64,000 nucleotides of DNA from Raillietiella orientalis (lineage: Eukaryota): positions 62,001 through 126,000 of the forward strand of contig JAYWIR010000066.1 of the NCBI GenBank assembly GCA_036172245.1, read 5' to 3'. The notes under the pieces are model-generated. The model did not search any database and was not told where the DNA came from. It saw only the letters and a list, made by a program, of their open reading frames with translations. A program made the position numbers and the translations under genes. The first letter of the stretch is position 1, and every line of letters starts with the position of its first letter. Positions 12,149 through 24,599 of this stretch are shown here, in pieces.

Positions 12149-13399
12149 GCGGGAGCCCGAACCCCCTCTTGGATCGGTGGACGCCACTGCGTTCGAACAA
12201 AAGGGACTTCGCCTCCGGTGCGCAGTCCCCTCTAACCCGGGGAAACCCTAAGCTTCCTCGCAGCCTGTTGGAGCAGGGGCTTCAATGAGCGAGCAGCTGC
12301 GACAGCCTCTGCTCCTTGCCTGTTACCGTGGATGATCGCAGCTCGCCCGAGGCTCGGCAGGAGCCTGGCGGCTGCTGCAGGAGCAGAGATTGTGGCCGGG
12401 CGCGAAAATGCCTCGTGCCGAATACATGGGAGAGGCAGGGCGGTTCTCCAGAGGATTGGAACGGGGGGGAGGACATTTACGCTGTGTACAGTTTATCGCA
12501 TGGAGTGTTCCCGTTGCGAGTTCGCGGCGGAAACGCACCCACCACACGCGTGCGATCTTTGGCGCGCCCTGCTGAGCTTCCGGGCTAAAATTCTTAGGAT
12601 CTCTTCTCGCTCCGTTCCGCTCACCACCAATCGAGTCGGCTGCTTCACCGAGGGCCGAGCTCCGGAAGTCTTTCCGCGGGCGCTTTGGGGCGCGAGTTGG
12701 TACCGTAAATCTGTGTGGATGGTGGAAGGATGACGGAGAGCTCCCTCTCCTCATTTCAAAGTTTAGTGGTGCCCACGGGGCGGGCGTTTCCCTCGTGTGC
12801 TGATACTCCAGCCGCCTCCATTTAGCCGGCGACTCCCATCATGGCTTTTCAGACTCCTACGGGGCATCGTGCTTCCCTGGTCTACGCCATCTCTTTCGAG
12901 ATGGAAGGTGGAACGCCTCGCCGCCGCCAGCGTCCTCAACGCGCCCACTTGAACTGATCTCAACTAGCTGGACTTTTCTCAGAAGAAGCAGCAGCCCAAA
13001 AGCGCGGCGGCGCATCCGGTTCCAAGACGCCCAAGCGACCTCAGAACTCCCGCAGGATAGCGCAGGATGCTCCCGAGCTCCCCTTGAGGAGGACCAGCGG
13101 CCTCGCCAGGCCAAGAAGAAGAAGCACCAGCTACGTCGAGATGCTGGAGGGAAGACACCGGGTCGAGGTCCGCTTTGCAAGCACAGGAACAGAAAAGCAA
13201 AGAAAGATTCAAAAAATAACTCTAAACAACAACGAAAAGAACCACCTACAGGAAGTGGGGAGTCTTGGGAAAGGATGGTAGCGTGTCTTCACGACGCTGT
13301 ATTCATCTCAGCAGGATTTCCAGCAAGTTCCTGCTCCACCCCCAAAATGTCCCCGCACCCTTCTTGACACTCTGAGGCCAGCTCGTGGTGTTCCTCACG

Positions 13400-14780
13400 A
13401 GGAGCTTCGCCCTGTGGGTGGAGTGAGTCCCTTCCGTCCTTGCCCCTTCTTGCAGCGCTTCTGGACGCCGCCGTCATTCCCGCGAAAGCTGCGAGCACCC
13501 GCCAAGGACGAGGCAGTGCGGCGTTCACGAAGAGGCGCTTCACCGCGTCCCCAGGGTTGTCCTTCGGGACTCGAGGGGCTTGGATGGAAATCCTTTTGGT
13601 TTCTGTGCTATCTCTGTCGTTTTCCTCCCAGCCTTTTCTTTTTCTTTTCTTTGGTTCCGCTGAGTATCTTGAGAACCTGGTGATGGCTCATGCAGCTCTT
13701 CAGCGCTGTTCTTCCACTTCATCCGAAGGCGCGTGTCAAGTCTGGGGGGCACCCTGGGAAAGGAAAGCCCTATGAATCCAGAATGGCTGCGGAGGAACGG
13801 GTGATTTCCTTTCACTCTTGGAACGGACCCTCTCGTCCTGGATGTCTCCGAAGGGAATCACCTCTTCGTTTCTTCTCCGGAAAGGATTCGCTCTGGAATT
13901 TTCTTCTCTAGAGGGAACCAGCAAGGAAATTGCTCTTGGTTTCCTCCTCTCAAGAGAACCCCGAAGGGACGCTCGCCAATCTTCCTAGAAGGGTCGCTCC
14001 CCGAAAGGAGAGGTGCCCTTGATACTGGAGAGGCATCGTCAATCCACCCGCTCCATGGTACGAGACGGAGGGTCCATCCACGAGGGGGGGAAGGAATCCG
14101 CTTCTTCGCACAACCGGAAAAGAACCCCGAAGGGACTCCTTGATTTCTGTTTCCAGAAAGCACTCCGGAGGGTCGACTCCCGACCCTGGCCACTCATGGG
14201 GGGCATTCGGTTCAACCTCAACCAGTGTCTTACTCGAATAGACGACCAGCGTCATCTTGCGGGAGGAACTCGAAACCTACGAAGCACCCTCCATCTCTCG
14301 GGGACCACCCTTCCCCGTGACGCCTGCGCCACGTGCACGGGGGGACCACAGCCTCTGACGCGGGCTATGAGTTCCGTTCCCGAAGGGACCGGAGGGCAAT
14401 GCAGCCCGCGAGCAGGTGCGGGAAGGTTTCGCTTTCCCCGCACCCGTCACAGTTCGGGTCCGCACTACCCCTGGTCCAGTGGCGCCGGCGTTCACGATCT
14501 CTAGAGGGACAGGAACTCCTGGAGCTCCTGGGAGGGCAAGCTCTTCCACCTCGCCTGTATTCCCTTGGAGGCGGTGCGCTCGCGAACCTGCAGCGGGTCG
14601 GCACGCGCAGGGCGTGACGGAGGGGGAATCAAGCGCGGTGCAGTCCGAGCCGCTCAACATCCTCGAGTTGGTGCTGAGGGCGACTCCCGCCACCTTGCCG
14701 AGCTCGCTTCTAGGAGCGCACCTGCCGATCGTCGGTCTGCACCCGCAATCTTCACGCACCTCCTACTGGAACGGTCGTCT
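13400..14780 (+). mobile_element. Decayed Ty3/gypsy integrase fragment interrupted by a SINE-like element
   Basis: Degenerate rve motifs in order: LLAALLD, KRRFTASPGLSFG, then the insertion at about 13580-14365, then DRRAMQPAS (DRG.QF.S), RVRTT/PWSSG (RTT.YHP.SNG) and SWEGKLFHL. Both halves match one contiguous inverted copy at 21820-22065. Confidence 0.55.
13580..14365 (-). mobile_element. tRNA-headed SINE-like family, copy A
   Basis: Shares the blocks CTATGAATCCAG, GGAGGGTCGACTCC...CCTGGCCACTCA and ACCAGCGTCATCTTGCGGGAGGAACTCGAAACC with the other copies. Head is degraded. Confidence 0.65.
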
Positions 14781-15099
14781 CCGGTTTCCACCCGGACACG
14801 CAGGAAACTTCTTAAAATTGAAAAGAAACTCACATATTGTGGTAGGACACGTGGTTCGACCACACTCCGTCTGTCCACAGGACGGACGGATCGCCGGCCG
14901 GCGCGCAGGCCGGCGAAGGTCACCTCGGCAGAGGAGGGGGAGGGGAGAAAACAAAACGAGGAAATAAAAATAAATAAGAACAATCTGGAGGGCCGGGAGG
15001 AGATCACTGCACGCTGGAGGGAGTGCCCTGCATCCTGTCCGGGATGCCGGCTAGGTCCGTCTGCACGGCACCAGGGTGGGGCCGTCTGGCCGCCGTCCT

Positions 15100-18000
15100 C
15101 AGGAAGCGGAAGTGCACACCCAATGGCGTCTCGCTCTTTCGACCCTCCTTCCGCATCTCTCCAGACCACCACGAACCCAGCAGCCCCAGCAAAGGACTGG
15201 CGGCGACAGGGCCTTTCCCGCACGAAAGGAAGCCGTAGAACGTCCCTGGGGGTGCCAACAGGGGTCATCAGGGTCGTCCCAAAATCTCCTCGCAGCAGCC
15301 GGGAAGCAACACGGTCCATAAGCAGGTGTAGGAGGGGAGATTCCGGTTCCCTGCACCTACGACAGTCCGGGCTCACCCCTCTCTCGGCCGTGTCCAGAGA
15401 TGTCGGCGTGGGCGTTGCAGGGAAGGCCCCTGTGCAACAGCAGCAGAAGTGCCGACCCTTTCCTCTCCAGGGAGAGGACGCTGCTGTCTGCGAACACCAG
15501 AGGCCACTTCAGGATTCCCTCTGGCGCTTTAGCTCTTGTGGAAGGGCACTCAAGGGTCGCAGCATCCGCCAGCTGCCCCGTGGTCCATTCATTCATCTTC
15601 CGCCTGCCTGAGACCTCTCAGGAGGCTTCCCACCTCGGCGGTTGGCTGTTGCCATCCGCCCCCCCCCCCCAGAGAGGGTAGCGCTGCAGCGAAGGGGGGA
15701 GATCAGCTCCGCGCACGCGCTCACGCCGGAACTCTCCAGGATCTTCTGCAGCGAGCAGCGAACGCAGATGGTTTTCTTTCCGCAGCAGATGTCTCCAACG
15801 GGAACCCCGAAGCAAAGAACCTCTCCCTCGTTCTCTCCGGAATGACCCTCAAGGAAGAAGGGGACTACTCTGCACTGCTTCTCCGGAAGGACCCTCTGGA
15901 AGGATCCGCCCATTCTTTCCTCCCCTGAAGAGGATCCGAAGGGAGCAGCGAGCTCCTAGCACTCTGGAGAGGAGACCCCCGAGGGGCATATCAACCAGCC
16001 CCATGGTACACGATGGTACGGTTCCCCTTTCGCAACCGCAGGAGGAACCCGCAAGTACTCCTCGATGTCCTGGAAGGAGCTCTGAATCCTGGGGTTTCCG
16101 GCTTCTACCGATGCCGCATCCAATCCAGCGCCATCCTGCGGGGGGACTCGAAACCTCACGGCGCACCTGCCGTTCTCGGCGTAGGCCTTTCCCCCCGGGT
16201 AGGACTCGAATCCGCAGCGCCTGACGCCACGAGTGCGGAGATCGCAGGCATGCGGCCGCCCATGTGGCGATTTTCGGGGCGCGTGGGAACGCCTAGCAGC
16301 TGGTCCGCTCTCGTCCGCAGACACTATCCTGAAGAGTCGTTACGGCTCTGTTACGCGCGGGACGGCCTTTCGTCCGCTTCCCTGATCTCCCGGGCCCAGG
16401 GCGCTCGCGGCGTCCCGCAGCACCGAGGAGATGCTCCATCAAGGAAGAAGAAGAACTCGGCACTGACGAGGAATGTGGTCAGAGTGGCCTCTGGAGGGTG
16501 CCAGAGGGAAGGGGGATGCCGCTTCGCACGCAGAAGGTGCGGGGTGTGTGACCGGCGACCCACAGAGGTCACCCCCTCCCCCATGAAATTTTTTTCACAG
16601 AACGAACAGGCCATGTGGATTATTAAACCCACATGGACTGCCTATTTTCCTTTGTTCGGAACCGGGAGAAGATGGCGACGGCGTGTGTTGCGTGGGAGAT
16701 TCCAGCGCGCTGCCAGAAGCGCCACCACCTTGGGAGATGGGCGGAGCACCGCTGGAGGCCTCGGACCTTCCAGGGTGGTCTTCAGGAGCTTTGCCCGGCG
16801 GTGCAGGTCTCTGGTGGAGTGCTCCAGATCACAGCGTGTTGAACCACCCGCCAAGAGATTCCACTTCTCTCGCAGGCGACGTCCCCCGCCTTGCCGACGT
16901 GGCATCTCCGCGTTCTTCCCTGGGGGAGAGCAGAGCTGCGTCCAGGGGTAGGGTGGACGTCCAAAGGGACCTCTGGCTATCGTCCTGCTATCTCCTGCAG
17001 CGACAGGACGACTTCTTTACGCCAGGAAACGCTCCTAGGGGGCCTTTGCCCCCTGCGACTCTTCCTCAGCCATCCGCTAGAAGAGGTGATGCGGGACCCA
17101 AGGAAGTCAAGGATCCTGACCGCCACACCCCTCTCTGAAGCGGCGTCTGCCCTCAGGACAAACGAAGAGGATTACCATCGTTTTTTTTTCCCTACACCGT
17201 TACAGAAGAGGCGAAACTCCTTGGAGGCCTGGAAGACGCGCGCGTTGCCGGGATGCCGCCGCTTCGTTCCAACGGGCGAAGTGACACCTCCAACTGGAGC
17301 CAGCTGTCGGGTGCGCCCTCCGACGAACTGGCGGTCCCTCCCTTTTGCTGTAACACCTCTTGTGAAAACGAGGAGGTGTTCCAGTCTTGATTGCCCGATG
17401 CAGAAACGGCAGTTCGTGCATCGGGGCAACCAACTCTGGCGTCTCGTCTCCGGAGGAACCACATGCCCGAACCGCGCCAGGGACGGGTCGGCGGCGTCGA
17501 TCCCGCACCTGCTGTTGGATCGTGGCGCGCTCTCTACGAACTGTGGGCGACCTGGAGCTTCGGCGACGAAAGGACAGCTCCCTGTGACACCTGCCGCTGG
17601 CGGTTCTTTGCTCGCGGAGGACTCTCGGCTGGCGCGGCGTCCGCACCACCTCATCTGGAAGAGGAGACCGGCTCTGCCTGGCTCCAGGAAGCCGTCCGCA
17701 CGTGAATGAAGATCCGAGTCCCGAGTTCTCGCAGAGCCTGAGGCACTCTCCGTTCTGCAGCAGCTGCTCCTTCACTGCAGGAAGTCATCGTTCATCCCAC
17801 GAAGAGTGCGTGGGAAGGAAGAACCCCCCTTACTGCAGCGCTGCCCTCCACCGAGAGAGAGCAAACCACGGGCAACGTGAAATTCGTTCCAAGAGGAAAC
17901 CTTCGGGTGGTTGGACCCCGGACCAGCTCTCAGACGCTACGACCGAAGTGCCCCAACCCACCGAAAGGCCTCCTCCTCCGGGCCGAGATCCCCCCCCCTT

Positions 18001-18200
18001 CGAGCGGCAGAAGTCGATGCCTCTTGCCCTGCACTGTGGTCTCCCATGCAACGCCCACCATCATCCTTGGACCCGGTGGAGACGAACTCGAACTGCCACA
18101 GGTACGCTCCGTCGTCACAGCCAGCCATGTCTTGCAGACCCTCGAGAGCGGCGGAGGGAGGTCATTCGCATGGTAGTCGCCCGCGTGAGAACGGCTGCCA
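15100..18200 (+). mobile_element. Heavily decayed Ty3/gypsy pol (RT-RNase H-integrase)
   Basis: Collinear degenerate motifs: GVIRVVPKSPRSS...GDSGSLHL...LSAVSRD (RT start GVIRPSxSPWxS...KDGSLR...LNAVT), SRERTLLSANTRGHF, HAGTLQDLLQRAANAD, SAPDHSVLNHP, DRHTPL (TDHxPL), H...GRVG...PCDTC (integrase zinc finger), HATPT. Many frameshifts; split by SINE copy B. Confidence 0.5.
15800..16260 (-). mobile_element. tRNA-headed SINE-like family, copy B (partial)
   Basis: Family blocks GATGTCCTGGAAGG, GGGTTTCCGGCTTC and CCAGCGCCATCCTGCGGGGGGACTCGAAACC; B-box-like GGACTCGAATC at 16202-16212. Confidence 0.65.
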
Positions 18201-18689
18201 GGTGACCACACCTGGAAGAGGACGTCAATGCAGAGATCGTCGGCTGAGAAGAGGGAGCGGTAATCCCTGTCCGCACCTCACCCCTTCATTTATTTATTTT
18301 TTTTATTTTTTTTTTCCTCCCATCCATACTGGATATTTCCCGTTTTTTTTTCTTTTCTAGAAAGAACGGGACTAACCAGGGACCAGTGTTTTCACTCTCC
18401 CCCATTCTGTTCTTTATTTACTGACCCCTCCTCCCTTTGAACTTTGGTCTTCTGCTGGGAACCGAATTCCCAACTGGTTTCTTTATTATTATTATTACCA
18501 AATGAACGCCCCCGGGCGTGACCACGTGAGAAATTTCCCTGTGCTCGTGCCGTGGTTTTTTTCTCACGGCTTTCTGGTCAGTCTCTGACCCAACTTTATC
18601 TGCTGTTTTCGTGATGACTCATGCATAGTGAGGTGTCAGACAGGAATGATTTCCCAATGATTCGTTGATTTTTAACCGAGCAAGTTTGT

Positions 18690-19030
18690 TTGTTTGTTCT
18701 TCTTTTGGAAAGCTCCCACCAAAAGCAAAAGTCCCGAGTCCACGGCACTTTCTCTTTCATGGTCAGTTTGGCGACGCGGCGGAGCAGACGCTTCGCATGA
18801 CGCAGGGGGCGGATGCAGTGCTCGGGCAGTTCGTTCACGCTGGAATGTGTCCGAACACAAATCCCTTCTCCCCCCCTCCCTCCATGGAACATCCCAAGTC
18901 AGGCGTTTTGGACCTGGGAAAGGCAGGCAGGCTTGGAGTCGTGGAGCCACTCGACGCGCTCCGCACGGCCTCCAGGATCGGAGGAAGGCAGGAAGTCCGC
19001 AGAACTGCTGCAGAGCTGAGGCTGTGAGCT
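18690..19030 (-). mobile_element. Possible gypsy RT/RNase H connection fragment
   Basis: PPILEAVRS...PSLPAF and RRVAKLTMKEKVPWT resemble KVEAV..WP.P...LRSFLG and PLTKLTKKD.PF.WT. Weak. Confidence 0.3.
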
Positions 19031-20219
19031 GCCTCTGATTGCGCGGTGCGCGAAAATGCCCGGGGCCACCGGGTGCGTCCCGGACAACCATCGGGGAACG
19101 CCGAAGAGGTTCGGATCTTTTCTTTTGCCGCCACTTTTGTGCCCCCTTCCGTGGCACAGAGATGCGGCAAGAGAGCGCCCACCGCAGCTATTCTTCTGTG
19201 CCGCCAACAGCCCTTTGGGTGCGCTTTTTCGTCACGCAACGGGCAAGGGCAGGTTCCTTTTCCTTTCTTGCACAGCCCGCGGGGGTCGCTGCGAGCGTCG
19301 TGACGCTCAAACCGCGTCCAGGAACACATTCTATAAAAGAACGCGAAAGTTACATCACTTCCGGTCACTGCTATCGTTGCGTTTCGTTGACGCCGACTCC
19401 CAGAACGCACCGGACGGAAGACCGCTAGGATCTGTACGCACTGTACGCGCTGGAACCGACTTTCGGACGGACTTTTCTCACGTGGCTTTGTACACGTACG
19501 TACATTTCTCACGTTTGAGACGCCAAGGATTGTCCGATCAGCTCCAGAGCGAAGCCCCCTTTTGCCTGATTTCTGACTCGAAGCCCTTTATGGCTCTCGT
19601 TATAAAGAGAAGTGGAACCCCAAGTGGACCTCCACTAGCGGATGCTGCGTATCTTCCGCGGGCGTGTCTATTTTTAGAACCTGTCCGAAGCGGAGAAGAA
19701 AAAAGCCTCGAAAGTCCACGTTCCCATCCCCCTAAAATCATTCGCAACGCTGTAGAGGTGGGTCGAGCGTCGTTGCCAGGAAAGCAACCGGGAAGCTCCG
19801 GGTTCCAGTTTCCGTTTCCGACTGATTCCCGGCTGCAAAGCTCCTGCTGGCCACCCACGTTCACCGCGGTCACTGCAGGTTCCACTTGCGCGTTAGCACT
19901 CCTGCAGCGAAATTTTCCAGGTAATTCGCCGGAAGGAACTCGAATTAAGAAGAAGGGAAACCTCCAAACCACAGCCCTCCTTTCGTGCCAACGAGGAACG
20001 AACGCGCCTTTCTTCTCTGCTTGGTCTGAAGCTGGGCGACCAGGATGGAAGGCCAGGATGGGTCACAGCACTCTTCCCGTTGTCCGTTGACCTAATGGAA
20101 CCCAAACACTTGAAAAGATAACCGCACGCGACCTAGAAGAAGTCAGCTGATCGGTCAGTCGTGGTCAATGGCACCAGATTTCCAGTCAGACCCCACAGAG
20201 AAGTCGGGACCAATCAAAA

Positions 20220-21165
20220 TGCGCAAACATCTTGAAAGTAAATACGTATGTTTATCGTATATAGCAACGCATATACTTATATCCAGATTAATGTATAGAT
20301 TAGCATATATTTAAAAAAAAAAAATGCAAAAATGGATACATAAATGTATTATGTATGTTAACGCATATTTACACATAAATCAGCACGCAAAATTATTTTA
20401 ACACGTATATTCATTAACATTTATTGTTAACATTCATATATTTATATACACATTAATGGATGGATAAATATGTACTATAACTGTTATGGAAAAATGCATA
20501 TTTTGATCATGTACACGAATGCGTATATTTATATATAAGAAACAAATTTATCTTGACAAACATATTTATTAATATAACTAATAATATCCAGAAAACTATA
20601 CGATTAAGATGTCGTAAAAAAATAAATATATATATTTGTATTATATATGTGAATACAAATTCATACTTGTAATAAATATGTATGAAATGAGTATATAAAT
20701 ATTGAATTATGAACCTATATATTTATCCAACGATCCAAATTCCGAAAATAGAATTCGTCATTTCCTGAGAAAGTTTTATTCATTGATTGTTGGAAATGCC
20801 AGGAAAATGAAATACCAAATTTCTTTTTGTTTTTTTTTTTTGATTTGTTTGCTTTATTCTTTTTTTCCACTATCTTTATTTGTCACCATAGTGTTTTCTT
20901 GTTTATAGTTCGCTATTTCTATATTCATTTCATGCATATTTGTTATGTACATAAACGTGTTAATGTGCACAATGAACATATATGTGTATTTTCATTATCT
21001 CAAATGTACATCTTGAACATATATATTAATGCATATCATTATAATTATATTAGCAAATATGTATGCGGAAATAAATTTGCATTTTGATCTATATAAAAAT
21101 GTATATATTAATGCACACGATAGACAATGTATTTATTTTTACAATCTCTGGGGATTTCGAACCAA
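20220..21165. mobile_element. AT-rich MITE-like element, copy M1
   Basis: Abrupt AT-rich island ending in the family terminus TATTTTTACAATCTCTGGGGATTTCGAACC (21134-21163). Left terminus unclear. Confidence 0.5.
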
Positions 21166-21559
21166 AGTCTGGAGAAGCAGTTCTTATACTCTTTGGAGAT
21201 GCCGACATTTTCCCAATGTCCTGAAATGGGGGACGACCAGCTGTGAGGGTTCCGCAAATTCTGTGCCTGGAAACGAATTACCTTCGGAATTCTTTTGCCA
21301 ACATGCAGTGCACAGTGGACGAATTGAAAATTTCCCGAGTGCCTTTCCCAGGAACCTTTCCCTGTTGCTGAATCCCGGGTCAGCTGAATCTCTTGAGCAG
21401 TTGGGTCCCAGCCGCTAGAAACTCACACGTGGTGGGGGGGGGGGGAGAGGACCCACGGCACTAGAGCAGAAAGAACACTTCGCCTGTCCGCGACACGGCA
21501 GGAACGCTCGCCAGCCGTTTCCCCTCGGCAGTGCATCGAAGACCCGTCGGTCTTCATTA

Positions 21560-22120
21560 GTCCTGCCGCCACGTTGCCCTCCTTAAGAGAATCCGCGGGA
21601 GGGGCACCTTGCAGGGAAAACGCAACCCTTCAGTAAGTGCTTGACGCGGCGAATTCACTGCGACCCCGGGTGTTCCACCCCAAAAGGACTGCTCGCCTGG
21701 ACAGAGCATCTGGGCGTCTCCCACGAGGTTCTCCACCCGATTGCCCGAGGTACTGGCGGACGGCTCCACCCTCCCTTTAAAGTGGCGCGAGTCAGGTCGG
21801 CGCTGCTGGTCTTGCATGAAGAGCACGCCGGCGCCACTGGACCAGGGGTAGTGCGGACTCGAACCGTGGCGGGTGCGGGGAAAGCGAAACCTTCCCGCAC
21901 CTGCTCGTGGACTGCGTTGCCCCTTCGGGAGGCCCCCTTCGCCTCCCGGTGGACGTGTTGAAGCGTCTCTTCGTGAGTGCTGCACTGCCGCTAGCCGCGC
22001 CCTTAGCAGCTGTTTGCTGCCTTCCCGGGATGGTGGCTGCTGCCAGGAACGCTGCAAGAAAAGACCAGAATGCAGAAGGCGCCATCCACTGGGCGAAGCC
22101 CTTCATGAGGATCACCACGA
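21560..22120 (-). mobile_element. Decayed Ty3/gypsy integrase fragment (inverted paralogue of 13400-14780)
   Basis: About 90 bp near-identical to 14401-14490 in reverse orientation. Motifs SAALTKRRFNT...GPPE, GATQSTS (GTQFTS), RVRTTP and WSRPPVPRAIGWRTSWETPRCS (W...LP.VLLGLRTAW..DL.CS). Confidence 0.55.
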
Positions 22121-22399
22121 GACGGGCCCCACCTGGGAGCTATCCGGAAGGAACTTGCTTGAATCCTGGATAGGATGCAGAGGACAGTCCTCAAAGGACA
22201 GTGATCCCCTCCGGTCCCCGAAGAACTTTTATTTATTTATCTGTTTTTATTTCGTTCGGCTTTCTGTTCGTTGCTTTCCCCTCTGCTGCCAAGACGCGCC
22301 TCTCCGGTGCGCGTGCTGGCATCGGCACGTGCTCGGCGTGCTCTTGGTGGTAGGTGGTGGTAGGACCCAGAGTTCTACCACCGCCAATGGTACGTTGGT

Positions 22400-23100
22400 T
22401 ATTTTTTGATAATAAAACTGCCCCGATCAACCGAGAGGCGAAACCCTCTGCAAACCCCCGTTTGCAGCAATCGAATCGCAAAGAGTGAAAGCACTGCCAA
22501 AAGTTCAACTGCAGATCCGCCTCGTTTCTTTCAGTGCAAAGAACGATCAGCGTCACCAACGAAAATGGCGGAATGTGGGCTGTCCCTGTCAAGAAGGAGT
22601 GGTTAATAATTGCTCTGGCACCGCCCACATGGTTATTCCCATGCAGACTCTGGAACGAGATCTCCATCACCATGAGCGTGCTGCCTTGGGTGTTCTTTTG
22701 AACGGAGAACACCATGCGGGGATCGCCTGCTATCCAAGGGCGACAGAGCAGCGATCAGAAGATGGCGGTTTCCGTATCCAAAGGCTCGAGCACGTGTACG
22801 CGAAGCGCACGTCCGTCCCACGAGCGAGGGGAAGAGTTTTGAGGGCTTTCCGTTCGCTGCATTGCAAGAGAAAAGCCAAGTGCACTGGCTGCAGAGCTTG
22901 ACCATGAGGATCTAACGGAAGACGCCGGAAGGACGCAAATTTTTGAAGAGAAGCGACTGGAAGGCGATGGTGGGGCAGTGCGGAACCGGCAGAGACCACC
23001 CGGTGGTTTGTCTTCCGCGTGCGTGCCGAGCGATGGACACCTCTCAAGCGGGCACGCAAACGGGCGGTGGCCGCTCCGGAAAGCTTCGGTCGGGAGCTCC
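22400..23100 (-). mobile_element. Decayed non-LTR retrotransposon (LINE) reverse transcriptase fragment
   Basis: Collinear motifs PHHRLPVASLQKF...LDPHGQ...AFLLQCSERKALKTLP (FRP.RS...LD.G...FLD..KAFDTVP), WIRKPPSSDRCSVALG (WI.SFLSDR...V.LG) and TQGSTL (PQGSVL). Confidence 0.5.
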
Positions 23101-23490
23101 GCGTTCATCCGAGGTGAGCTCACGCATCACTCGCCGAGACCTCGAGCGACCCTCGGAGAGCGACGGGCTTTCAGCGGCAGGGCAAATAGAAAATGCAAGC
23201 GAAAAGTGAAAGTGAAGTCTGCTGCGACGCGAGCACTTCAAATGCCTGTCGGAAAATGGCGCGCTCTTGCAGCTGGCCACGAAGAAGAAGTGCCACTGCG
23301 TTGCAGCGCGCGAGGTCCAGCACGCTGGTGGAAGTCCTCCGGGAACGTCTCGGATTCGTCGAGGCCTCCCCCAACGCTGCCGCGTTGCCTCGGGCATTCC
23401 CGCCTCCCCCCGTTCCGAGCAAGTGGTCACTTCTGGAGGAGGACTCTGCTCGCAGTGCCCAGGGCACCATCAAAAGTTGCTGGGGGCCCA

Positions 23491-24516
23491 CCGAAGCCCG
23501 GAACGATCACAAACAATAGACATATATGCTTATATATACATTAATACATATATTTGTATTGCACTTGTATCTATATACGTATTTATATATATCTGTTTTA
23601 AATGTATGTATACATATGTATGTATGTATGTATGTATGCTTTTGAGCATTTGTATCACATATATTTATTTATACATGGATTAAGGGAAGCTTTATTTTAA
23701 CATACATATTTATTAATATTTATTATTATTAACATATACATTGAAGATTCTAAAAAACAAATACATATGTTTCTTATATGTATCAGCATCTTTATATATA
23801 TACAAGATAAATGTATAGTAAATGAATATATAACTATCGAATTATTAAAAATAAAAAATAATGGTGACAAGTAAAAATAGCCGAAAAAATATAATGAACA
23901 TAGAAGCTAAAATATATAACAAACATAGATATTCATGCATGCAGTAAACGTGGATATTCATGCATGTGGTGAACGTGGATATTCATGCATGTGGTGAACA
24001 TGGATATTAATGTATGCAGTGAACGTGGATATTCATGCATGTGGTGAACGTGGATATTCATGCATGTGGTGAACATGGATATTAATGTATGCAGTGAACG
24101 TGGATATTCATGCATGTGGTGAACGTGGATATTCATGCATGTGGTGAACATGGATATTAATGTATGCAGTGAACGTGGATATTCATGCATGTGGTGAACG
24201 TGGATATTCATGCATGTGGTGAACATGGATATTAATGTATGCAGTGAACGTGGATATTCATGCATGTGGTGAACGTGGATATTCATGCATGTGGTGAACA
24301 TGGATATTAATGTATGCAGTAAACGTGGATATTCATGCATGTACTAAACATGGATATTAGTATGATCAACATGGATGCAAGGATGATAGGCATGGATATA
24401 ATTGTACGTAATAAGCACGGATATTAATATACATAATGAAGATGAATCTTTATTTTTGATGATCTTTCGGGATTGCGCATGCAGGATTTTGACCGTTCGG
24501 GATTTCGAACCGAACC
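23491..24516. mobile_element. AT-rich MITE-like element, copy M2, with imperfect TIRs
   Basis: Left CCGAAGCCCGGAACGATCACAAACAATA (23491-23518) is an imperfect inverted repeat of right TATTTTTGATGATCTTTCGGGATTGCG (24451-24477), followed by TTCGGGATTTCGAACC. AT-rich interior. Confidence 0.6.
23930..24360. repeat. Tandem array of 25-bp monomers organised as 75-bp higher-order repeats
   Basis: Monomers GTGAACGTGGATATTCATGCATGTG (x2) plus GTGAACATGGATATTAATGTATGCA, repeated five times (23944-24318) almost perfectly, with degenerate monomers on both sides. Confidence 0.95.
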
Positions 24517-24599
24517 CGAAGTGGCTCCGGTAGAAGGAGCTTCGCTAAGACGAGGGCTGAACGCGCAGCTTCATCTCATCTTGAGCGTTTTTGAAGAGC

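Noticed and set aside
23933..24340. Repeat array as a CRISPR locus, or as a 135-aa repeat protein
   Set aside because: The units are contiguous with no unique spacers, no cas genes are present, and the context is eukaryotic. The ORF is a by-product of the 75-bp period.
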